Positions 1-8,270 of a stretch of DNA of 57,818 bases are shown in pieces; within the stretch, counting starts at the first letter, position 1, and each line of letters starts with the position of its first letter. Source of the DNA: Anaerolineales bacterium (lineage in GTDB: Bacteria; Chloroflexota; Anaerolineae; Anaerolineales; UBA11858); NCBI GenBank assembly GCA_021161345.1, contig JAGHAU010000086.1, positions 1-57,818 on the forward strand, in the 5' to 3' direction. The translations under genes were made by a program, and so were the position numbers. The notes under the pieces are model-generated. The model had not been told where the DNA came from. It saw nothing but the letters and a program-made list of their open reading frames with translations, and did not search any database.

Positions 1-53
1 AATATATATTGTTACCTTATTGTGAAGGCTGTTTAGGTAAGTATATCTGGGTG

Positions 54-311
54 TCAATCCAACTTGCGTAATTTCCGCACTGAAAACAGGCTGCCGAAGA
101 AGATCGCGAAAATGGCAAACCCAACCAGCTTAAGCAGGACAGGCTTGAAGTTGACCGGCCAGGTATTGAACAGTACCAAATCACGGATGGGATCCACGGC
201 ATAGGTATTGGGGAAGAGCCAGGCGATCCCGTACTTCAACCGAAGGTACAGATTCGAGTTTTTGGTAGCGAAACACTGTTCGGCGATGAATGCCAAGCGC
301 CTCTGCGACAT
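54..311 (-). pseudogene. 3' remnant of an ABC-2 type transporter permease gene (last ~60-75 codons only)
   Basis: The translation ...YGIAWLFPNTYAVDPIRDLVLF...LVGFAIFAIFFGSLF... matches the C-terminal TM region pattern of ABC-2 permeases. The N-terminal ~200 aa are missing and no ATPase partner is present. The 5' part overlaps ORF 181..414 in another frame. Confidence 0.45.
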
Positions 312-414
312 CTGAAAACCTTAATCCCAATATCTCATTGGCTTGATGGATTGCATCAACCGCAGCTTGCTTGTCTAGAATAAAAGTGTCAGTAGCTATC
401 ATGTCTATCCCCAC
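181..414 (-). pseudogene. Truncated Xre-family HTH antitoxin-like gene (HTH kept, C-terminal domain lost)
   Basis: The 77-aa ORF contains LGLRFSDVAEALGIHRRTVFRYQKLESVPSVEVRDRLAL, an HTH typical of Xre/ParS/MbcA-type antitoxins. Meaningful sequence stops near nt 214-227, where the permease remnant begins. No toxin gene lies downstream. Confidence 0.4.
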
Positions 415-506
415 CCATTAAAAGGGAATTTTTTTTATATGTCATGTCTTTAGATACAAATAGTACCTCACTACAGAAATTGAGCCGAGTTCTTGGTAAT
501 GCTCCC

Positions 507-725
507 CTACCCTAGTGTTATCTTACAAGTCACTGGAAAATGGTCCGACCCAGCCGGATACTTATGATAGATCCTCTCACCGCCAGGCATCTCTCTCCAG
601 ATCTTTCCATCACTCACCCACCCTGCCAGGTTGCGGCTGTAGAGGATGTGGTCAATCAAGACTCTCATGTATGAACCGTTGATGATGGGATCCTGAAAAC
701 TTGCTGTGTATTGAAGTCTGTGACT
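507..725 (-). pseudogene. C-terminal fragment of an endonuclease/exonuclease/phosphatase (EEP) family gene
   Basis: My own minus-strand translation reads RLQYTASFQDPIINGSYMRVLIDHILYSRNLAGWVSDGKIWREMPGGERIYHKYPAGSDHFPVTCKITLG*. It carries the EEP C-terminal motifs IDHIL and SDHxPV. TAA and TGA stops lie immediately upstream (726-731), and there is no start codon or N-terminal domain. Confidence 0.5.
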
Positions 726-1158
726 TTATCAGCATTGCAGGCAAGCACTACATGGAGCGTCTTGTTAGCGCTGCTGAGTTAATCTTTCCCTCGAATGAAT
801 CATTGGCCTACGATAAATTGTAGTGTCAAGGGTAAATAGTAAATTCGCCCAAAAACAAAATAAAGCATTTTTGCATATCCCCCCAAAAAGGTATATTCCA
901 GCGCTATTTATTTGAGGGCGTAGAGCCAGATCGTGAAACCAATTCTGGGTGTCTCTCGGATTCCTACCGTATATTTATGCACGAAAATGGGAGATACCCA
1001 AGGTTGAAAAAAGACCAACTTATCAAAAACCCCACCAGTTTACTCTCAATTGAAGTAAGATTGGCAAGGCTTCCCCAGTCTTTAATTACAGTTCTGTAAC
1101 ATGGTCTAGGCTTACTTGTTACATATAATAAAATAACATCAACCAAGGAAGTTCTATT

Positions 1159-1782
1159 GTGATACTAAATAACGCCATTATTGTGATCTCCGGAGCTGTT
1201 ATTCTGGCAGCCGGCTTGGTCTATGTCTTAAGGATTGTCGTTCTGCTAAAGAATTACGGCCTGGCTCGGCCCTGGATTTTCCTTTCGGCCATGATTGGAT
1301 TCTTTTTCCTGGGATATATCTTTATAGCCCTATTATTCCTCGATATTGCTATGGTTCCTGCTAATACGCTAGAAGGTTTGGTTACGACCATCTTCTTTTT
1401 TGGTGCTGTTTTTGTCACCATTCTGGCAATATTAAACCACAATCTTTTTGGGGACATCTTTGGAAGGGGAATTGACGATACCAAGGCTTTCAGGATCTTT
1501 GCCGAGCATATAGGCATGCCTCCTCGCAAGGTGATGGCAATGACCCGGCCGGAATATTCGGTCGCTTGCGAGATCTGCGGGGGAAATGTGAAGTATTCCG
1601 TCCCTGAGCTTGTCCGCACCCACCCCCGGATCGATCGAGGAGTGGTGGTGGATCAAGCCATGGGTGGCACTAATTACCAGTTTTATGTACGACATTATTG
1701 TGAAAAGGAGTTAAGGGAGATTCCCGTCCGCCATGACAGTCAGTTTGAATATCGATCGCACCGACCTTCACGTCCCGTATAA
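1159..1782 (+). CDS. Hypothetical membrane protein: three N-terminal TM helices plus a ~100-aa cytoplasmic C-terminal domain with CxxC and a distal His/Cys
   Basis: GTG start at 1159 is preceded by AAGGAAG (1145-1151). The N-terminal half is hydrophobic. The C-terminal half reads ...VACEICGGNVKY...YVRHYCEKE.... The stop lies 7 nt before the GTPase start. Confidence 0.6.
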   Translation: MILNNAIIVISGAVILAAGLVYVLRIVVLLKNYGLARPWIFLSAMIGFFFLGYIFIALLFLDIAMVPANTLEGLVTTIFFFGAVFVTILAILNHNLFGDIFGRGIDDTKAFRIFAEHIGMPPRKVMAMTRPEYSVACEICGGNVKYSVPELVRTHPRIDRGVVVDQAMGGTNYQFYVRHYCEKELREIPVRHDSQFEYRSHRPSRPV

Positions 1783-1789
1783 TAAGGCT

Positions 1790-2428
1790 ATGTCAGAAAA
1801 AGTTTCTGGTTATGTTATGCTGGTTGGCAACGGGGCGGTTGGAAAGACTACTGTATCCAAGGTGCTGGCATTAACCAATCAAGGGGATCAACCCTCTCAA
1901 GAGATCCTGAACGGCATTCGAAAAACCAACAACCTGGAATACGAGTTCGTTACTACTCATCAGCAAATTGGGGATAAGGATTACAGTGTTACTCTGCAGT
2001 TCTTGATTCCGCCTGGACAAAAAAAGGCAGATGGTGATGCAACAGGACGTTCCTTTGAGGAAGTAATGGATATCTTCAGGCCGACTATCCACCGCCTGGA
2101 TGTTGTGCTGTTTACGTATGATATGACCAGCATGGCCAGTTTCCATGATCTGGTTTACTGGATTGACGGCGTAGGCGATTTACTGAATGATGCTTCACAT
2201 TTCATTCTGCTGGGCACTCATCTTGACCGGGAGAATGATCTGGAGATCACCCGGGGTGATATCGAAGAAGGACTGGAATACCTGGCAGGAGAGATGCGGA
2301 CCATGCGTCCCAGCTGGAAAGGGAATTTTGCCAGGTTGGAAGTGTCGAACTTAACAGGCGAAAATCTAGATTCCCTGCTTTTCTATCTGGCAGGCAGCGT
2401 GATCAGCTCCAGGAATATGATTCCTTAG
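1790..2428 (+). CDS. Small Ras/Rab-like GTPase with divergent G3 and G4 motifs
   Basis: P-loop is GNGAVGKT. The G3 equivalent is LIPPGQ (no Asp). The G4 equivalent is LGTHLD instead of NKxD. The G5-like motif is EVSNL. I chose the ATG at 1790 (MSEKVSGYVMLVG...) because the ORF-track start at 1733 overlaps the upstream gene. Confidence 0.75.
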   Translation: MSEKVSGYVMLVGNGAVGKTTVSKVLALTNQGDQPSQEILNGIRKTNNLEYEFVTTHQQIGDKDYSVTLQFLIPPGQKKADGDATGRSFEEVMDIFRPTIHRLDVVLFTYDMTSMASFHDLVYWIDGVGDLLNDASHFILLGTHLDRENDLEITRGDIEEGLEYLAGEMRTMRPSWKGNFARLEVSNLTGENLDSLLFYLAGSVISSRNMIP

Positions 2429-2462
2429 CCGGGTGAAATCCAGCGGCGGGTTGAATAAAACC

Positions 2463-2497
2463 GGACCTACCTGAAAATTTTCAGCCAGGTCCTTTTG
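2463..2497 (+). terminator. Rho-independent terminator candidate after the GTPase gene
   Basis: GGACCT..CTGAAAATTTTCAG..AGGTCC hairpin followed by TTTT. Confidence 0.5.
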
Positions 2498-2607
2498 AGT
2501 TATAAAAGCTGCGAACCAGGTAAGGTTATGATAGATTTGCCAATCAGGAATAAGAGATACTACGATAATATAAACGGCTTACCAAGATCATTGAAGGAAA
2601 AATTAGC

Positions 2608-3531
2608 ATGGGAGAAAAATGGACAGCAGATAAAATTCTGGATCTATCTGGAAAAACTATCATCATAACAGGCGCAAATAGTGGAATTGGTTATGAATCA
2701 GCCCGGGAATTCATCCGTAATGGCGCGGAAGTGATCATTGCAAGCAGGGATCCAATCAAAGCTGACCGAGCTGTGCTGAGAATAGAGGAAGAGTTTCCGG
2801 GGGCAAAGCTAAAATTTATTGAACTTAATCTTGCCAGCCTGGAATCTATCCGGAAATTTGCAGGAGAATTCAAATCAAATTACGACAGATTGGATATTTT
2901 ATTAAATAATGCCGGAATCATGATGGTTCTTTACGGAGAGACTGAAGACGGGTTTGAATACACGATGGGCACAAACCACCTGGGCCATTTTGCATTGACT
3001 GGTCTTTTGATGGACAGACTTTCTACAACGCCTGGAGCCAGAGTGGTTTCCGTCGCAAGCAATGCTCATTATGCTGGAAAGATGGATTTTAATAATCTGC
3101 TCTTTGAAAATGGGCATGAATACACTCCAATGAAAGCCTACAGCAGATCCAAATTGGCAAATCTACTCTTTACCTATGAAATTCAGCGGCGTTTTCAATC
3201 CAGAGATCATGGTGTAATTGCCCTGGCAGCCCACCCCGGAATCGCGGCCACCAGTCTGGCGAACCATTTATTCTTTAACAAGATCTCGTGGCTGATCCAG
3301 CCGGCAATGAAATTGATCTTCCAGAGTTCGGCCATGGGGGCATTGCCCAGCTTGCGAGCCGCTGTGGATCCGGAAGCCCGGGGCGGTATGTACTATGGCC
3401 CAGGCGGCAGGGGGGAAAAATCGGGATATCCAATCGTTGTGGATTCTAATTCAGCATCCAAGGATGAAAAAGACGCCCTGAGGCTTTGGGAACGGTCAGA
3501 AGAATTGACCGGAATACGTTATTTGGATTGA
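2608..3531 (+). CDS. Short-chain dehydrogenase/reductase (SDR, retinol-dehydrogenase-like)
   Basis: TGANSGIGYESA (TGxxxGxG), NNAG and YSRSK (YxxxK) motifs. GAAGGA Shine-Dalgarno sequence upstream. Confidence 0.9.
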   Translation: MGEKWTADKILDLSGKTIIITGANSGIGYESAREFIRNGAEVIIASRDPIKADRAVLRIEEEFPGAKLKFIELNLASLESIRKFAGEFKSNYDRLDILLNNAGIMMVLYGETEDGFEYTMGTNHLGHFALTGLLMDRLSTTPGARVVSVASNAHYAGKMDFNNLLFENGHEYTPMKAYSRSKLANLLFTYEIQRRFQSRDHGVIALAAHPGIAATSLANHLFFNKISWLIQPAMKLIFQSSAMGALPSLRAAVDPEARGGMYYGPGGRGEKSGYPIVVDSNSASKDEKDALRLWERSEELTGIRYLD

Positions 3532-3614
3532 GCCATTGACTGACATGAAGTTCCAGTATCATGGCCGTTTGTGGAAAATCTCTTAGTTGATAAAAATCTG
3601 ATTAATTATTGATC

Positions 3615-4556
3615 TTAGACCTCTAGCTGATCAATAACCTTTCGAATGGTCGCAGCACTTTGTTCCAGTTGAGCACCCTCATTTGCTGTGAGAGGAACCT
3701 GAAGAGAATTTAATATTCCCATACCCCCAACCAGATGCGGCAAAGACAGAGTCACGTTTTTTACTCCGGCAACTTCTTCCCGGGGAGTGCAGACAGTTAA
3801 AATCGCCCGTTGATCACTGAGAACTACCGAGACGATTTTGGCAATTGCGCTGCCAACTCCGTAATATGTTGCCCCTTTTCCTTTGATGATCTCATAGGCC
3901 GCATTGCGTACTTGCTGGTCTATTTCCTTTTTATCGTCATCGTCAAGGCAAATATCCCACTGTTCACAAAAAGATTCCAGGGGGATATTGCCTACTGTGA
4001 CTGGTGAAAATGGGATCACTTCTGAATCGCCGTGTTCACCCAATACATAAGCATGCACATGGGTAGAATCTACGCCCAAATGCTGACCGAGAAGGCTCCG
4101 GAATCTGGCACTGTCCAGTGTGGTTCCAGTGCCGATCACTCTGCTGGAGGATAGGCCAAAATCCGCGGCACAGGAGGCAGCCAGGTGAGTCATGATATCT
4201 ACTGGATTTGAGGCAATCAGCAAAATGGCTTCAGGGGAGACCTGTAAAATTTCTGGAATGACCGATCGAAATACGGCGGCATTGCGTGTGAGCAATTCGA
4301 GGCGAGTCTCACCCGGTTTTTGGCTCACTCCAGCTGAAATAACCACAATTTTCGAACCGGCCAGATCTCCATAATCCCCGCTGTGTACTAATAAGGGATG
4401 TGTGAAGGGCACAGCGTGGCGCAGATCATTGGCTTCAGCGTTAGATCGTTCCTGGCTCAGATCCACCAGGATGATTTCCCGCCCAATACCTTGATTGATC
4501 AGGGCATAGGCCGCTGTTGATCCTACTAACCCTGCTCCAATAATGCCTACTTTCAT
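3615..4556 (-). CDS. ldh: L-lactate dehydrogenase
   Basis: MKVGIIGAGLVGSTAAYAL Rossmann N-terminus, plus DSARFR and LGEHGDSEV motifs. Confidence 0.9.
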   Translation of the reverse strand: MKVGIIGAGLVGSTAAYALINQGIGREIILVDLSQERSNAEANDLRHAVPFTHPLLVHSGDYGDLAGSKIVVISAGVSQKPGETRLELLTRNAAVFRSVIPEILQVSPEAILLIASNPVDIMTHLAASCAADFGLSSSRVIGTGTTLDSARFRSLLGQHLGVDSTHVHAYVLGEHGDSEVIPFSPVTVGNIPLESFCEQWDICLDDDDKKEIDQQVRNAAYEIIKGKGATYYGVGSAIAKIVSVVLSDQRAILTVCTPREEVAGVKNVTLSLPHLVGGMGILNSLQVPLTANEGAQLEQSAATIRKVIDQLEV

Positions 4557-4665
4557 TACAGATCCTTTGTCTATAAGGAGCAGACGTAAACCGTTTACAA
4601 AAACCTACTTTATTGGTGTGCAGGAACAGGAAAACTATCCTGATGATGATCGTATGTTTTGAGGA

Positions 4666-5325
4666 TTATTCGATCGGATGCACCAGTATCCGGCCCGAGA
4701 TCTCTCGCCCCAAGGCAATTTCCTTGCCGGCTATTTCCACTGTGAATGGGCCGTTGTAGGGAGCTTCATCGACGATCTTCAACATCGTACCTGGCAGCAA
4801 ACCCCGTTCCTCCAAATATTCACATAAGACCAGTTCCGGCTGGTCGATCCGGATGATCTCAACTTCCACTTCACAGCTGATCTCATTGAGTGGAAACGCT
4901 GGTGGAATCTCAATATTTCCGTTGGCGTCAGGGATGGGGTGCCCGTGGGGGCAGATAGTTGGATTCTTGAGAAATACCGCCAGGGCTTCCGTTACTACAG
5001 CATCAGTAGCATGCTCCAACCGGCAGGAAATATCATAAACCTGGGACCAGGGGATATCAAGGTTGTCTGCTAGAAATCGTCCCCATAAACGCTGCCGCCG
5101 CACAACAATCAAAGCTCTATGCCGTCCGGTATCGGTCAACACTACTCCCTTGTAAGGGGTGTGGATGATCAATTTACCTGCTTCCAGCCGTTTGACCATT
5201 TCCGCTGCGGATACAGGGGAAACCCCCATGCGCTTGGCGAGCAGAGATACCGCAACCGGTTCTTCCCCATCGGCAATTTCAAAAACCGATTTTAAGTACA
5301 TTTCCCTGCTTTCAGATTCGGGCAT
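4666..5325 (-). CDS. DtxR/IdeR/MntR-family metal-dependent transcriptional regulator with C-terminal FeoA/SH3-like domain
   Basis: REMYLKSVFEI...VSPVSAAEMVKRLE HTH. Metal-site region reads RLEHATD...CPHGHPIP. The C-terminal domain is SH3-like. Confidence 0.9.
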   Translation of the reverse strand: MPESESREMYLKSVFEIADGEEPVAVSLLAKRMGVSPVSAAEMVKRLEAGKLIIHTPYKGVVLTDTGRHRALIVVRRQRLWGRFLADNLDIPWSQVYDISCRLEHATDAVVTEALAVFLKNPTICPHGHPIPDANGNIEIPPAFPLNEISCEVEVEIIRIDQPELVLCEYLEERGLLPGTMLKIVDEAPYNGPFTVEIAGKEIALGREISGRILVHPIE

Positions 5326-5364
5326 GGGGGATTCCTTATATTATCCTGTTTGCCAACTTGATTA

Positions 5365-5395
5365 TAATCCTGAAATATTGAGTTTTATAGGATTA
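5365..5395. promoter_or_regulatory. Inverted repeat TAATCCT-N17-AGGATTA in the dtxR / rcnA-like divergent intergenic region (candidate operator)
   Basis: TAATCCT at 5365-5371 and AGGATTA at 5389-5395. The left arm overlaps a TATAAT at 5363-5368. There is loose resemblance to DtxR/IdeR half-sites (TAGGxTA). Confidence 0.3.
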
Positions 5396-5530
5396 CCCTC
5401 AACCTGAAGTTGCAGATTCTTTGGAGCTGATTTATTGGTTTTCCTGTTAAGGCTATTTTGCCGGATTATCTGGAGCAGCGAGTCTGGTATGATTTGAGTG
5501 TAATTGTTTTATATGTTTGAAATAAATCCT

Positions 5531-8101
5531 ATGAAGAAAATTTCCCTATCCCTGCTGATTTGCCTGGCGCTGCTGGTGGTTTTTCCCACTTCAACCCGGG
5601 CTCATCCTGCAGATATGTATTATCACACCTGCACGGTCAAACTTTCGCCAGATGGCATCTTTATCACCTGGCAGATCGTTCCCGGCCCAATGATAACCCA
5701 GAGTATCTGGTTCGATGTGGACAAAGACCAGGATGATCTGGTTTCAGATGCAGAAGCGGCAGACTGGGTGAATTCTATATTGATGACTTTCAGCGTAGAA
5801 ATAGATCAGGAACCCCTCACCTTGGAGTTGGGGTCTGTTCAATGGCCTTCGTCTGTGGATACCCTTTTCAGCGGAGAGGAACCAATCATCATCAATCTGT
5901 TTGCTGACTGGCCAGAAGAGATCCAGTTTGATGCCCTGGTATCCCTTCACAACCGCTTCAATCCCAAAAGCAGTCTGAGCTGGTTTGAGATCCAGGCCGA
6001 AGGCGGCTTGAGTTTTGAAATTCCAGACCAGAACAGCGGCAATTTGGAGATCCTGGTAGGCCTGGAATCAGGGAATTCTGAAACTGCCCGTCTGACAGGT
6101 TGGGAAAGCGGTGCCCCCTCCATCCCCTGGGTGGTGGAGTCCATTGGCTTGGGAGAACTGGCTGAAGAGGCTGTGGCAAAATCTCAAGTATCTCCCGCGG
6201 CTGGCTCTGGAACTGCATCCATACTGGAGGGGTTGATCAAAAAGCAGGAAGGATCTTTCACATTCATCCTGGGCGCTTTATTGCTATCTGCCTTGTTGGG
6301 CGCGCTGCATGCCCTCAGTCCGGGACATGGGAAAACAATCGTTGCAGCTTATCTGGTCGGTTCGCAAGGGAAGGCCTACCACGCTGTCGTCCTGGGCGGG
6401 ATTGTTACCCTGACGCATACGGGTTCGGTATTCTTGTTGGGAATATTGACCTTAACTGCCTCCCGTTATTTTCTGGCAACGGATATTTTCCCTGTTCTGG
6501 AATTGATCTCCGGGTTATTGATATTTGTTCTTGGTATTGGTTTGCTTTTTCCTCGCTTAAAACTCTGGTTCCTAGATTACCAGCAGAAGCGCAAAGTTAA
6601 GCAAGTGAAGGGAGAGTCAGGAATTGATCTGCCGCATGGTGAAAAACGTTTGGTGATCGGCCAGCCCATAGAAGAAATTGGTCCAACCCACAGCCACGAT
6701 CCCTCAGACCTGGGATCGATCCCCAGGGAACCTTCCGTGGGCAGCCCATTGGAGAATATTCGCTGGCGTAATTTGATACCGCTGGCGATCAGCGGGGGTC
6801 TGGTACCCTGCCCAGATGCGATCGCAATTTTATTGGTAGCGGCGGCGATCAACCGGATTGTTTTTGGATTGAGCTTGATCATCACTTTTAGTTTTGGTTT
6901 GGCAGTTGTATTGATAGCCATTGGTCTGCTGATCGTGCAGGGTAAACGACTTTTTAAGCGGCTGCGATGGTTTAATAAAGCTGCCCTGATTATGCCGATC
7001 ATCAGCGCCCTGATTGTCTTAACTGCTGGGGCCTGGCTGTCAGTTTCTGCTCTTCAAAATATTTCTGAATTCCCCGGTTCGTCCCCTGCAGATCAAAGAT
7101 CCACTCAATTCCGCTTGAAAGAAGCTGATGTTCTCTATACGTCCCTGGACGAAAAGAATCAAACCCAGCTGTTCATAATCCCGGCCGATGGTGGGACCCC
7201 GACAGCCCTTTCAGAAGGGGGTAATATTTGGTACTTTGCTGTGGCGCCGGATCACAGCCAGGTAGTTTACGCAGCGGATAATGGCACTAATGGATCGCAG
7301 TTGTGGCTTTGGGATTCGGGAACATCACGGAATGAACTACTCATGGAGTGCACCAGCGCCTATTGCTCAGAAATCGCCTGGTCGCCTGATGGACAGAGGA
7401 TCCTTTACAGTCGGCTGGAATTAGACTCGGAAACCAATCCCGCTAATGTGCAGTCTATCTGGTGGCTGGATCTCAATACCCGGGAATCCGCGCCACTCTT
7501 CCAGGATGCGCTGACGCCTGGATTTAGCGCCCGCTGGTCCCCGGATGGGAGATGGCTAAGTTACACTTCTATCAATCCATTGGAAATAAAGATCTACCAG
7601 ATGGAAACTGGAGAAAGCCGGATCCTGCCTAATACTCTGGGTTATCCGGCGGTCTGGTCCCCGGACAGCAAAACTGTGATCCTGCAGGACCTGGTATTGG
7701 GAGAAACTGGTTATCTGAATAAAATATTCTCCTATTCAGTGGCGGAAGATTGGTTGACCATGCTGGCCTATGACCAGATGTATTATGAATCCTACCCCAC
7801 CTGGTCTCCGGATGGGGAGTGGCTGGCTGTGGTGCGGCGGGCATGGGTGGAGGGTATTCCGAAAGAGGGCAACCAGCTCTGGGTGATGCACCCTGATGGC
7901 ACAGAAGCCACCCAATATACAGACGAAGTGAAATTTACCTTTGGGCAGCCGTCCTGGTCATCGGACAGCCGCTACCTGGTATTCGATTATCGAGCGGTAG
8001 TGGATGGGCATATCAACCCAGGGATTTGGGTACTTGATCTAAAAACCGGCCGGATCTCAGATCTAGTAGCGCCTGGAAGTCGCCCGGTTTGGTTAGAATA
8101 A
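5531..8101 (+). CDS. Fusion protein: signal peptide + extracytoplasmic domain + RcnA/NicO-type Ni/Co transporter membrane domain + C-terminal TolB-like (PD40) beta-propeller
   Basis: LHALSPGHGKT and SGGLVPCPDAIAILL match the RcnA signature helices, and a His/Asp loop reads GPTHSHDPSD. The C-terminus carries repeated WSPDG motifs (WSPDGQRILYS, WSPDGRWLSYT, WSPDSKTVIL, WSPDGEWLAVV, WSSDSRYLVF). The ATG at 5531 (MKKISLSLLICLALL) is preferred over the TTG at 5504. Confidence 0.8.
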   Translation: MKKISLSLLICLALLVVFPTSTRAHPADMYYHTCTVKLSPDGIFITWQIVPGPMITQSIWFDVDKDQDDLVSDAEAADWVNSILMTFSVEIDQEPLTLELGSVQWPSSVDTLFSGEEPIIINLFADWPEEIQFDALVSLHNRFNPKSSLSWFEIQAEGGLSFEIPDQNSGNLEILVGLESGNSETARLTGWESGAPSIPWVVESIGLGELAEEAVAKSQVSPAAGSGTASILEGLIKKQEGSFTFILGALLLSALLGALHALSPGHGKTIVAAYLVGSQGKAYHAVVLGGIVTLTHTGSVFLLGILTLTASRYFLATDIFPVLELISGLLIFVLGIGLLFPRLKLWFLDYQQKRKVKQVKGESGIDLPHGEKRLVIGQPIEEIGPTHSHDPSDLGSIPREPSVGSPLENIRWRNLIPLAISGGLVPCPDAIAILLVAAAINRIVFGLSLIITFSFGLAVVLIAIGLLIVQGKRLFKRLRWFNKAALIMPIISALIVLTAGAWLSVSALQNISEFPGSSPADQRSTQFRLKEADVLYTSLDEKNQTQLFIIPADGGTPTALSEGGNIWYFAVAPDHSQVVYAADNGTNGSQLWLWDSGTSRNELLMECTSAYCSEIAWSPDGQRILYSRLELDSETNPANVQSIWWLDLNTRESAPLFQDALTPGFSARWSPDGRWLSYTSINPLEIKIYQMETGESRILPNTLGYPAVWSPDSKTVILQDLVLGETGYLNKIFSYSVAEDWLTMLAYDQMYYESYPTWSPDGEWLAVVRRAWVEGIPKEGNQLWVMHPDGTEATQYTDEVKFTFGQPSWSSDSRYLVFDYRAVVDGHINPGIWVLDLKTGRISDLVAPGSRPVWLE

Positions 8102-8210
8102 GGGATTAAGTCTTTCTAAATATAATAAGGGACTTAGTCCCTCTGTTTGCCAGGACTTTGTCCCTTTGCTAATACGTGAAGCTTGGCACATAAATTTATT
8201 TATGGTATAC

Positions 8211-8228
8211 CTTATAATTATTTATAAG
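8211..8228. promoter_or_regulatory. Palindrome CTTATAA-TTAT-TTATAAG upstream of feoA (candidate metalloregulator operator overlapping a TATAAT)
   Basis: Perfect 7-bp inverted repeat located 43 nt upstream of the feoA ATG. AT-rich and Fur-box-like in style. Confidence 0.3.
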
Positions 8229-8270
8229 ACATATTTGTAAAAACAACCCGGAAGATGGATTGAAGGATTT

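Noticed and set aside
181-414. Active toxin-antitoxin system at the left edge.
   Set aside because: Only the HTH portion of the antitoxin survives and no toxin ORF (RES, HipA or similar) is adjacent. The frame runs into an unrelated permease fragment.
964-1146. Unassigned short ORFs 964..1146 (-), 17812..17994 (+) and 24256..24588 (-).
   Set aside because: They have no motif and no Shine-Dalgarno sequence. They lie in AT-rich intergenic DNA or overlap a terminator and the start of the C69 peptidase gene, so they are likely non-coding.
1733-1789. Longer GTPase ORF overlapping the upstream membrane-protein gene by 50 nt.
   Set aside because: The ATG at 1790 gives the usual short N-terminus before the P-loop and removes the overlap. 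The extension has no GTPase-family counterpart.
5396-5530. NiCo (czcD-type) or Mn (yybP-ykoY) riboswitch upstream of the rcnA-like gene.
   Set aside because: I could not recognise the conserved cores of either class in this 135-nt leader. Only a cmscan against Rfam could exclude it formally.
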